NCBI GenBank assembly: GCA_035538755.1
Contig: DATLJR010000508.1
Location: 10,151 to 74,150, forward strand
Reading direction: 5' to 3'
Length of the DNA: 64,000 nucleotides
From: Pseudolabrys sp.
Lineage (GTDB): Bacteria; Pseudomonadota; Alphaproteobacteria; Rhizobiales; Xanthobacteraceae
Part shown: positions 56,020-64,000 of the stretch, piece after piece
Position numbering within the stretch: position 1 is the stretch's first letter
Layout: every line of letters starts with the position of its first letter
Notes under the pieces: generated by a model
Database searches by the model: none
What the model was told of the DNA's origin: nothing
What the model saw: only the letters and a program-made list of their open reading frames with translations
Made by a program: the position numbers and the translations under genes

Positions 56020-56266
56020 ATGAAGCCTTTCGCATTTTTAATAGTGGCCGCGATTATTGTTACCCCCGGATCGGCAGCTCTTGCGCAAAAAAGTCAGACT
56101 GCGAAATCGAACGCGGCTTCGAAAGCCAACGCGTCTGTGCCGATGTCGAGAGATGAAGCACTTCAAAAATGTAATGCCGAAGCAGCGAAGTGGAGCTACC
56201 GAGATTTTCACCAATCTGACCGTCTATCGGGACTGCATGGCACGCCACGGCCAGTCGTCTGAATAG
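56020..56266 (+). pseudogene. Small secreted protein with frameshift
   Basis: GGAG RBS, signal peptide, ALQKCNAEAAKW then shifted frame VYRDCMARHGQ*. Confidence 0.55.
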
Positions 56267-56385
56267 TCCCCCTGAGCCTCCCTGGGGCGATGTATTGGCC
56301 CATACAACATCCCGGCGGGTCCGCACCTCGCGCTTTCGCCGGGTAGTCCACCGCCGGCGTTTTCTGACCCACGCGGGGGTTAACA

Positions 56386-56559
56386 ATGCTCACTTCCGTT
56401 TCTGCCGGCCGTAAAACAACCCACCCCAAACAAGCGAAGGAAACATCAGAATTCTGGGCAGTAGCCCTGCTCGTCGCGATCTTCCTTTCGCTTCTGAAGC
56501 TTGCGCTTCGCAGCGAGGACTTTGCTCAAGTGCTGCAACTTATCGGGCAGTGGTCCTGA
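56386..56559 (+). CDS. Putative small membrane protein (57 aa)
   Basis: MLTSVSAGRKTTHPKQAKETSEFWAVALLVAIFLSLLKLALRSEDFAQVLQLIGQWS; GGGGG upstream. Confidence 0.45.
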   Translation: MLTSVSAGRKTTHPKQAKETSEFWAVALLVAIFLSLLKLALRSEDFAQVLQLIGQWS

Positions 56560-56674
56560 GGTTGCCCCGGCCCCCTAACGGCGTCCATCCGTTGCGGGCC
56601 GTTACTCCGCTATTGGCCCAAAACAGGCATTTACACTGCAGGCAAATTCATCCAGCGAACCAGCCGAGCGGCCG

Positions 56675-56887
56675 CTATTTGTGTCCGTGATCTTCCGCGT
56701 GAGCTTTTCCTGCTTCCTCGGAATGATGCCGAGCATGAATTGCATGCCCGCTCGCGGTATGGGCGTGGTGGGCCGCTTTTTCGTGGTGTCCGCTTTCATG
56801 ATGCTTGGCAGCTTCCGCATGGTGGTGCGCAGCGTGCTCATGATGCTCGGATGCCTTCTTGTGATGTTCAGCAGCTTTTTTCGACAT
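56675..56887 (-). CDS. Small histidine-rich protein (22 His in 70 aa)
   Basis: GGAG RBS; MSKKAAEHHKKASEHHEHAAHHHAEAAKHH…. Confidence 0.85.
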   Translation of the reverse strand: MSKKAAEHHKKASEHHEHAAHHHAEAAKHHESGHHEKAAHHAHTASGHAIHARHHSEEAGKAHAEDHGHK

Positions 56888-57120
56888 TTGGAATCTCCAG
56901 ATGCGACCCGGGCGAAACTCTAACCCTCGAGCGCGGATGATTGGTTTTGTTCGTGACAATGACGTGACGGGAGAACGAAACGGATGTCCAAGCGAGCGAG
57001 GCGCCGCATTTTTTTATGTTGTCTTAATGCTGGCCGATATTCGAAGCCAAACGTTCCGTTTGAACTAGATTAAAAGAATTATGACAGGCGCAATTTGCAT
57101 CGAGCTATTCAGTGTGTTGA

Positions 57121-58890
57121 ATGGCTTCAGAAAAGTGCTCTGCGACCGAATTGGTGACGATGCGCGGTGTTGTTCCGATTTCTATTGAGCAGGTCAGCCG
57201 CGCGTTCACGCGGTGGGATGCGCTCGCCATCCTGCTGACCTTTGGTGTTCTGATCTTCCTTGCCGAAACAAGCAGCGATCTGTTGCGGCCGCTTGCGGAA
57301 TTGCAACAGGCGCCTGTGTCGCTCGATCCGCACTTTTTGCCAGAATACGCCGCCCGCACCACCTTACGAATGCTAGGCGCTTTGGGGCTGTCCCTCATTT
57401 TTACATTCACCTATGCAACGGCCGCTGCCAAAAGCCGGCGGGCCGAACTGATACTCATCCCTTTGCTCGACGTTCTTCAGTCTGTGCCGATCCTCGGCTT
57501 CATCTCAGTGACTGTCATTTTCTTTATGTCGCTTGCACCAGGCCGCGTACTGGGCGCCGAGTTCGCGGCCGTTTTCGCGATTTTCACCAGCCAGGCCTGG
57601 AATATGGCGTTCAGCTTCTACCAGTCCCTGCGGACGGTGCCGATCGAGCTGGTGGAAGCCTCGCGCACGTTCCGTCTGTCACGCTGGATGCATTTTTGGC
57701 GGGTCGAAGTGCCCTTTGCGATGCCGCAGCTAATCTGGAACATGATGGTATCGATGTCGGGTAGTTGGTTCTTCGTGGTGGCATCGGAAGCAATCAGTGT
57801 CGGCAACACGACGGTGACACTGCCTGGCATTGGTTCATACCTTGCCCTTGCGATTGATCAAAAGAATCTCGCTGCGGTGGGCTGGGCTATCGCCGCCATG
57901 CTGGTCGTCATTCTGCTTTATGACCAACTCCTCTTTCGACCGCTCGTGGCCTGGGCTGATCGCTTCCGTTTTGAGCAACAGGCCAGCGTCGCTCCGCCGC
58001 AGTCCTGGGTACTGGACGTATTCCGACGATCACGCGTTGTGGCTACGCTTGTTGTACCGGTTTCGCGACTTTGGCAGCGCACCTACCAGTTGTCTGTCGC
58101 TGAGCGAGCCAACAATAAGGTCGTCAAGTTGACCAGCGAGCGATCGCGATGGGGCGATTGCGTTTGGACCGGCCTCGTTTTGGCGCTCGCCGCTGTTGCG
58201 CTCTGGCGGCTTGTTAGTTTCGTTGCTGGCAACATCTCGCTGCAAGAATTGGTCAAAGCCAGTTTGTATGGTCTCGCCACATTGACGCGCGTGGTTATTT
58301 TGATCGCGCTTGCCAGCGTGATCTGGGTACCAATTGGAGTGATGATCGGCACCCGGTCACGCCTCACTCAACTCGTTCAACCACTCGTGCAATTCTTTGC
58401 GGCCTTTCCCGCCAACGTGCTGTTTCCAGTGGTCGTGGTTGTCATTGTTAACTACGGTCTCGATCCAGACATCTGGCTCAGCCCGCTGATGATTTTAGGC
58501 ACCCAATGGTACATCCTATTCAATGTGGTGGCGGGCGCGATGGCGATCCCTTCGGAGATGCGTGACGTTGCCACCAATCTTCAGCTGCGGGGATGGCTCT
58601 GGTGGAAGAAGATCGCGCTACCGGCCATCTTTCCCTACTACGTTACTGGCGCAATCACAGCGTCTGGCGGCTCATGGAATGCCAGCATCGTCGCCGAAGT
58701 GGCGTCATGGGGTGATACGCATCTGCACGCCCACGGCTTGGGTGCCTACATTGCACAGGCGACAGAGGCAGGCGACATGCACCGCGTGGTTCTTGGAATC
58801 GCGGTCATGAGCCTCTACGTGGTCGTCGTCAATCGGTTGTTCTGGCGGCCCCTCTATTGGTTCGCCGAGCGAAAATTCCGGCTTGGATAA
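57121..58890 (+). CDS. ABC transporter permease with two membrane domains (NitT/TauT-like)
   Basis: LDVLQSVPILGF, SQAWNMAFSFYQS, AAFPAN, GTQWYILFN, GGSWNASIVAE; start uncertain. Confidence 0.9.
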   Translation: MASEKCSATELVTMRGVVPISIEQVSRAFTRWDALAILLTFGVLIFLAETSSDLLRPLAELQQAPVSLDPHFLPEYAARTTLRMLGALGLSLIFTFTYATAAAKSRRAELILIPLLDVLQSVPILGFISVTVIFFMSLAPGRVLGAEFAAVFAIFTSQAWNMAFSFYQSLRTVPIELVEASRTFRLSRWMHFWRVEVPFAMPQLIWNMMVSMSGSWFFVVASEAISVGNTTVTLPGIGSYLALAIDQKNLAAVGWAIAAMLVVILLYDQLLFRPLVAWADRFRFEQQASVAPPQSWVLDVFRRSRVVATLVVPVSRLWQRTYQLSVAERANNKVVKLTSERSRWGDCVWTGLVLALAAVALWRLVSFVAGNISLQELVKASLYGLATLTRVVILIALASVIWVPIGVMIGTRSRLTQLVQPLVQFFAAFPANVLFPVVVVVIVNYGLDPDIWLSPLMILGTQWYILFNVVAGAMAIPSEMRDVATNLQLRGWLWWKKIALPAIFPYYVTGAITASGGSWNASIVAEVASWGDTHLHAHGLGAYIAQATEAGDMHRVVLGIAVMSLYVVVVNRLFWRPLYWFAERKFRLG

Positions 58891-58901
58891 GGGTCATAAC
58901 T

Positions 58902-60206
58902 ATGAATGACGCGCTGCTGCAAATTCAATCTTGCTGCCAAGCCTTCCCGAAGCCAGACGGCGAGGAGTTACTCGTCCTCCAGGACATCAATCTTACCCTG
59001 CGAGACGGAGAGATTGTTGGGCTGCTCGGCCGCTCTGGATCAGGCAAATCGACCCTGTTGCGACTTATAGCTGGACTCGCGCAGCCAATTTCAGGTCAGG
59101 TCAATTATGAAGGCCAACGGGTCACCGGGCCTGCGCCCGGCATCGCAATGGTTTTTCAGAACTCAGCGCTATTTCCATGGCTAACCGTGTTGGAAAATGT
59201 GCAGCTCGGCCTTGAGGCGCTTGGTCTGCCTGAGGCCGAGATTCGGAAGCGTGCGCTGGCTGGCATCGACTTGATCGGTCTGGACGGTTATGAGTCGGCC
59301 TATCCGCGTGAATTGTCGGGTGGCATGCGGCAACGCGTCGGCTTTGCGCGCGCGCTTGTCGTGCACCCCAAAATTCTTCTCATGGATGAGCCATTCTCTG
59401 CACTCGACGTGCTAACTGCAGAGACGCTAAGAACCGATTTCCTCGAACTGTGGACGGAAGGTAAGTTGCCGATCAAAGGCGTGATCCTGGTCACACACAA
59501 CATCGAGGAAGCGGTACTGATGTGTGACCGCGTCCTCATTTTCTCGCGAAACCCCGGTCACATCATTGAAGAGATCAAAATTAATCTGCCTCAACCACGC
59601 AGTCGTATGGAGCCGGCGTTCCGCGATCTCGTCGAGCGCATGTATGTCGCCTTGACTGCGCGTCCTATGACACCAACGCACACCATTTCTACACCCGAGC
59701 GTACTGCAGGCATGGGCATCGACATGGAGTTGCCGCGAGTTTCGGCTAATGCGATGGCCGGCCTGATAGAAGCAATTGCTGGTGAACCCTACAACGGCAA
59801 AGCCGATATGCCGGTTATCGCGAGCCAGTTGCATATGGAGGTGGACGATCTATTTCCTATCGCGGAATCATTGCAACTGATGCGGTTTGCCGAGATCGAG
59901 GGCGGCGACATCCACCTTACCGATGTTGGCAAAGAGTTTGCTGGCGCAGGGATCGATGAACGCAAGAAATTGTTCCAGAACCAGCTCCTAAACCAGGTGC
60001 CTTTGGCTACGCACATCCGGCGTATCTTACAGGAGCGTACCAATCATATGGCGCCGCGCACCCGGTTTCGTAATGAGCTTGAGGATTACATGAGTACTGA
60101 AAGCGCGACCCGCACGCTAGGTGCTGTGATTGCGTGGGCGCGCTTTGCGGAGGCCTTCGCTTACGATGCGCGCTCGGAAACCTTCAGCCTTGACAATCCG
60201 ACTTAA
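58902..60206 (+). CDS. ABC transporter ATPase with C-terminal AAA-associated domain
   Basis: GRSGSGKS, LSGGMRQR, LLMDEPF, C-terminal extension ending WARFAEAFAYD. Confidence 0.92.
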   Translation: MNDALLQIQSCCQAFPKPDGEELLVLQDINLTLRDGEIVGLLGRSGSGKSTLLRLIAGLAQPISGQVNYEGQRVTGPAPGIAMVFQNSALFPWLTVLENVQLGLEALGLPEAEIRKRALAGIDLIGLDGYESAYPRELSGGMRQRVGFARALVVHPKILLMDEPFSALDVLTAETLRTDFLELWTEGKLPIKGVILVTHNIEEAVLMCDRVLIFSRNPGHIIEEIKINLPQPRSRMEPAFRDLVERMYVALTARPMTPTHTISTPERTAGMGIDMELPRVSANAMAGLIEAIAGEPYNGKADMPVIASQLHMEVDDLFPIAESLQLMRFAEIEGGDIHLTDVGKEFAGAGIDERKKLFQNQLLNQVPLATHIRRILQERTNHMAPRTRFRNELEDYMSTESATRTLGAVIAWARFAEAFAYDARSETFSLDNPT

Positions 60207-60225
60207 AATTGATGCCGGCCATGGG

Positions 60226-60292
60226 TGGAGACCTCAACTTTGTCATCCCTTCGGCTCAGCGAATTGGCCGATTTCTAAGCCTCCTCGCCCGA
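60226..60292 (+). repeat. Dispersed island repeat, copy A
   Basis: tggagacctcaactttgtcatcccttcggctcagcgaattggccgatttctaagcc. Confidence 0.8.
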
Positions 60293-60446
60293 ATTTTTAC
60301 GACAACTCATGCACAGACTTGGTGAACCCAAGCCGACCGGCCTATTCGGCGCCGGCCGATGACCCCGCTAGGGCGCGCGCTCTGGCACCGCACAAACAAT
60401 CGACATCCTTAAAATCTGGCAACAAGATGAGAGTTATCCCCGTTTT

Positions 60447-60617
60447 TCACCGGTCGAACTTTGAGGTTGATTGCTGTGATTTTTGCTTTGAAGGACGGCG
60501 CCTAATCATTTGTCTGATTTGTGCCGGTGTCCTGCCGCGAACGTCGTAACCGCGCCGCTCGAGTTCGGCAATCGCCTCCTTTTTGAGCTCTTCGAGGGTT
60601 TTCTTTCGCGGAGCCAT
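60447..60617 (-). CDS. Small basic hypothetical protein
   Basis: MAPRKKTLEELKKEAIAELERRGYDVRGRTPAQIRQMIRRR. Confidence 0.5.
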   Translation of the reverse strand: MAPRKKTLEELKKEAIAELERRGYDVRGRTPAQIRQMIRRRPSKQKSQQSTSKFDR

Positions 60618-60773
60618 GATGCCGAGAATAGGGAAGCTCGGTTGGCCGTTCTGTGCTGGCAATCACAAAAGTCCAATTTATGATAATATGAGGGCAGTTC
60701 GGACTACCGGACGACGCTCAGAGGCGAGCGACCGGTGACTGATAGAGCCCTCGCGTACTTTGGGGGAAGTGGG

Positions 60774-61001
60774 ATGCCGCCGCGACGTCAGCTGTTTACA
60801 TATATTCCACTCGCCCACATAAAACCAATTGTTTGTCCGCGGTGTGGAGAAAAAGCTTGTGCCGTCTGGCATTCACCGCTCCCTGCAGGCTTAAAGGGAG
60901 AGATGCGCAGTTTTGAATGCGCGCATTGCGGTAAAGAAATGAAAATGATCGTTGAAGAAACGGAGCCACAACCCACCGGGCAATCTAGCGTTCAGTCATG
61001 A
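60774..61001 (+). CDS. Small Zn-ribbon protein
   Basis: CPRCG…RSFECAHCG; GGGGGA RBS. Confidence 0.6.
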   Translation: MPPRRQLFTYIPLAHIKPIVCPRCGEKACAVWHSPLPAGLKGEMRSFECAHCGKEMKMIVEETEPQPTGQSSVQS

Positions 61002-61307
61002 CACAGCGCCTGCTTGGTCGACTACCGGTAACAAAAGAACGGCGGCCACATAGGCGGGCCGCCGCAAGTGAGGGTCATCTTCGAAACAAAAATATTGTTA
61101 GCCAAGCATCGTACCGTTCACAAATCTTCGACTTCTCGGGTGTGAAAAGCGTGTGTAATTAACAAATTCCTTTTTGGTGTAGCGGTCGTGCAACTTGCAG
61201 AACGATAAAAAAGCGCGGTTTTTGCCCAATTGCGTGTTCTCAAGACTGTCGGACTATGCCGACGCATACGCTCGCACCGCGTATTCTTGAAGAGGCGGGT
61301 CGTCTTT

Positions 61308-61718
61308 TTATCCCTGCTTCGCGGCGCGCTTGGGCGGCGTGTCGGGCGGCAAAGACACCCAAGGGTGACGTGACTCTTCCCACACTGCGATGGTCGGCGC
61401 GGCAAAATTCGGGTCGGCGAAGCTACCGACGGCAACAGCGACATATCCAGGAAAGCCTTCACCCTCCCAGTAGACGGTGGAGCCGCACACCGGACAGAAG
61501 TGAAAGGTCAATGCATTGCCGCTTTCGGCTCTGCGCGTCCACGCCGTAGCCTTACCCTCGAAGGTGATCTGCTCGCGGCGGAAGCGCGCCTGATTGCTGA
61601 TCACGGCGCCGGTGCGCCGTTGGCACTCCAAGCAGTGACACATGGATATGCGCGAAGGTTCGCCCTCAATCGTAAGGCAAAGCTGCCCGCAGCTACAGGC
61701 GGCGCGTCGAGTGGTCAT
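61308..61718 (-). CDS. GFA family protein (CENP-V/GFA)
   Basis: CSCG, CHCLECQRRTG, FCPVCGSTVYW, VAVGSFADP. Confidence 0.92.
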   Translation of the reverse strand: MTTRRAACSCGQLCLTIEGEPSRISMCHCLECQRRTGAVISNQARFRREQITFEGKATAWTRRAESGNALTFHFCPVCGSTVYWEGEGFPGYVAVAVGSFADPNFAAPTIAVWEESRHPWVSLPPDTPPKRAAKQG

Positions 61719-61867
61719 GGATTGCTCCGTAGCTGTCGTTATGGACGAGTGACATGGTGTGATGCGGCTCGGTCATGTACCAAGAACCCCGACCCGTTGC
61801 AAAATGCAACAAGGCTCATCCCGATCACCGATCGGCAGGATTGATCGGTCTTTTCTCTCTTGAGGGA

Positions 61868-61982
61868 GCTATGGAGACCTCAACTTTTGTCATCGCTTCG
61901 GCTCAGCGCATTTGGCTTTTTAAGGGCGAGCGGGCGTCGCCCGATAGCTAGCACGCGAATGAGCAGAGCACACGTGCCCGAC
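61868..61982 (+). repeat. Dispersed island repeat, copy B (most complete)
   Basis: gctatggagacctcaacttttgtcatcgcttcggctcagcg…gcccgatagctagcacgcgaatgagcagagcacacgtgcccgac. Confidence 0.8.
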
Positions 61983-62148
61983 AAATGGAAATTCCATCCG
62001 CCTGTAAAATGCTCCACGACCGTGTAACTCATTTGCATCAATCGAGCGGATTTCGTCAGTATGAATGCGTATCTTTTTCGGTTTCATTTTAGTGTCACGG
62101 ATTAGAGATTAGGGTTTCGGTTTGGCGTCGTTTGTTCAGAGTACGGCC

Positions 62149-62376
62149 ATGACAGAGCGCCGCTTGAACTATATTCCAGTGCCAACACTGACCGTCCCGC
62201 GCAAAATTCCAGCAGGGCAAATACTGGTACACAATCATATGACGCACGAAGAAAACACGCCCAGCGGTAAGGGTGGCTTTCGAGGCTGGTTCCAAACTCG
62301 ATTACCGTCACGAGCCAAGCTGGTGTCGTGCGATTGTGGTTGGTCTGGATTGCCGCACTATCGAACGGATTTTTAA
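62149..62376 (+). CDS. Hypothetical protein
   Basis: PRKIPAGQILVHNH…GFRGW…CDCGWSGLPHYR. Confidence 0.55.
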   Translation: MTERRLNYIPVPTLTVPRKIPAGQILVHNHMTHEENTPSGKGGFRGWFQTRLPSRAKLVSCDCGWSGLPHYRTDF

Positions 62377-62423
62377 TCTCTGATCAGGCCCGCTTTTTTC
62401 ATTTGCTGCAGCTTCAGTTTGTT

Positions 62424-62627
62424 TCAGGCGTACTTCACCTCGCTTATGGCGGACGCGGCGGCAAGAGCTCTTTCTTCCGCCGACAACGTGACGCGGTTGG
62501 GTGATGTAGTTGGTCCCATGATCGGGGTGTATTCGCCGCGCGAAATAGGCGCGGCGGTCTGTTCGGCGGCATTCTGTTCGGCGCCGGCGGATTTGTCATA
62601 ACAAGCGAGTCGCTCGTTATCGTGGGC
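62424..62627 (-). pseudogene. Gene fragment cut by repeat copy C
   Basis: DNERLACYDK…VTLSAEERALA; 5' part replaced by the repeat. Confidence 0.4.
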
Positions 62628-62678
62628 GCTATGGAGACCTAAACGTTTTGTCATCGCTTCGGCTCAGTGTGTTGGCCG
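62628..62678 (+). repeat. Dispersed island repeat, copy C
   Basis: gctatggagacctaaacgttttgtcatcgcttcggctcagtgtgttggccg. Confidence 0.8.
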
Positions 62679-62824
62679 TCACAGCCAACCGCCTCCGATT
62701 CTGGCACGATAATTACGTGAAAGTATTGAACTCACCTTCATGGCCCCTCCGGTGAATCGTAGTCCCAAAAGCTTGCATTCCCCGGCGGGGTTTCATGCGT
62801 CGCTAACGTTCAGGGAGAGAGCAA

Positions 62825-63130
62825 ATGAATAAGCTTTTGAGATTCGCCTTAATCGCTGTGGCTGCGAGTTTTTCGGCAATTGGTGCCCAAGCGATGCCAT
62901 TTAGCAGCACTCAAACTCACGACAGCTTAGTCGTTGAAGTCGCCGGTGGATGTGGCCTCGGGTTCCATCGCGGTCCCTATGGCGGATGCCGTCGCAATGG
63001 CTACTACGGCGGTGCGTACTACGGCGGCGGCGCTGTAGTGGTGCCGGGCGTGGCGGTTGTCCCACCGGTTGTTGTAGCGCCCGCATGCCGTCGAGTTTGC
63101 AACCCCTACCGATGCTGGCGGGTTTGCTGA
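62825..63130 (+). CDS. Small secreted Gly/Cys protein (GCG…CR prefix family)
   Basis: GGGAG RBS, signal peptide, VAGGCGLGFHRGPYGGCRRN, C-terminal CRRVCNPYRCWRVC. Confidence 0.8.
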   Translation: MNKLLRFALIAVAASFSAIGAQAMPFSSTQTHDSLVVEVAGGCGLGFHRGPYGGCRRNGYYGGAYYGGGAVVVPGVAVVPPVVVAPACRRVCNPYRCWRVC

Positions 63131-63249
63131 AGATAACCAATTCAGACCAAACTTCATGGCCTCGCCTCGCGAGGCCACTGCCATTCATCCCTCACTGCGT
63201 CCTGGCTGACGAACCTGCTGGACTTGGCAAGAAGCGCGGGTGGGTTGGG

Positions 63250-63882
63250 TTAGCGCCCGAAAAAGAATGGAAAAAACGGCAGTAGCGGACGATTGTCGTC
63301 GTAGCGCGGCCGGGACTGTGACAGCGGCGCATCGTAGCTTGAGTGATCGGCAGCCGGCGCCGTCTGCGCCGCATAGATCGAGCTGTCTGGCGTCAATGGC
63401 AGGGGCTGAGAGCGCGCCACCGCCGGTGGACCGGCATCGCGGATCGCACCGTTTACCACGACGGTGGTGTTGGCCATCTTCTCTTGCTTCACCAGATTCC
63501 ACAGCGTAGCGGCGTTCTTTACCGACAACCGCACGCAGCCATGCGACACGGCACGACCAAGATTGCGTTGCTCGTAAGTGCCGTGGATAGCGTTTCCGGT
63601 CTGGGTGAAGAAGATCGAGTAAGGCATCGGCGCGTTGTCGTACTCGTCGCTATAGTGGTCCATCTCCATGCGGAATGGCTTAAACGTCCCGCCCGGCGTG
63701 TCGTAGCCGCCCCCTCCGGTCGTCACCGGCCAGTTGTAAAGCTGCTCGCCATTGACCGTGACGGTCATGCGCTGGACGGATTTGTCGACTTTAATGAGCA
63801 GTTCGGCGTAAGCGGCTTGACCAAGTGGGAGTGCCGAGATGGCGGCGGCGGTTAACGGTGCGATGAGGTGCTTTATGCGCAT
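63250..63882 (-). CDS. L,D-transpeptidase (YkuD/ErfK family)
   Basis: Signal peptide, WPVTTG, PMPYSIFF, AIHGT…VSHGCVRL. Confidence 0.92.
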   Translation of the reverse strand: MRIKHLIAPLTAAAISALPLGQAAYAELLIKVDKSVQRMTVTVNGEQLYNWPVTTGGGGYDTPGGTFKPFRMEMDHYSDEYDNAPMPYSIFFTQTGNAIHGTYEQRNLGRAVSHGCVRLSVKNAATLWNLVKQEKMANTTVVVNGAIRDAGPPAVARSQPLPLTPDSSIYAAQTAPAADHSSYDAPLSQSRPRYDDNRPLLPFFPFFFGR

Positions 63883-63922
63883 GGCGAAACACTCCAGCCC
63901 TGATCCCGATTTAATAACCCTT

Positions 63923-63948
63923 AATAGAAAACCTATCGAATTGGTTCC
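63923..63948 (-). promoter_or_regulatory. Putative EcfG promoter of the L,D-transpeptidase
   Basis: Minus strand GGAAC-N17-TATT about 40 bp before the ATG. Confidence 0.45.
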
Positions 63949-64000
63949 GTTGTTGGTCGATAGTTGATTGCGCTTCGCGACGCGCCTTGGCTGAGGCTTC

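Larger units (their letters stand above)
47115..64000. mobile_element. Genomic island / accessory region (right end outside window)
   Basis: Begins at the broken tRNA; visibly more AT-rich; small orphan genes, gene fragments and dispersed repeats; no integrase seen in window. Confidence 0.7.

Noticed and set aside
56681-56923. Met-rich hydrophobic ORF
   Set aside because: Antisense of His codons (CAT/CAC) in the His-rich gene.
61871-61951. Peptide METSTFVIASAQRI… as the function of the island repeat
   Set aside because: Frame is not kept: copy C stops at codon 4 and copy A has an indel and no equivalent ATG.

Overview
Hyphomicrobiales (Bradyrhizobium/Pseudolabrys-like, inferred from gene content and order) chromosomal window in two parts. 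About 1-47.1 kb is GC-rich core backbone: phbB, gloB, prmC-prfA-ptsP, lysC, ubiG, grxC, mutT, argJ, secA, accA, xerD, aroKB, cobST, rpmB, SF2 helicase-S4-fdxA-carD, M48 protease and a Bug SBP. It carries five decayed non-essential loci (cupin, FkbM/RDD, bPH_2, comF, thermonuclease) and REP-like palindromes. At 47076-47114 a tRNA-Arg(CCT) stops exactly at the end of its anticodon loop and is followed by arm-like repeats. From there to the window end lies a more AT-rich accessory island of small genes: GNAT, CAP, Rap1a-like immunity, His-rich protein, an ABC transporter with no binding protein, GFA and an L,D-transpeptidase. Two non-coding repeat families punctuate the island at gene or module junctions, suggesting a cassette-like acquisition system. 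No cognate recombinase is visible in the window, so this remains a hypothesis. Family assignments are by motif recognition, not database searches.
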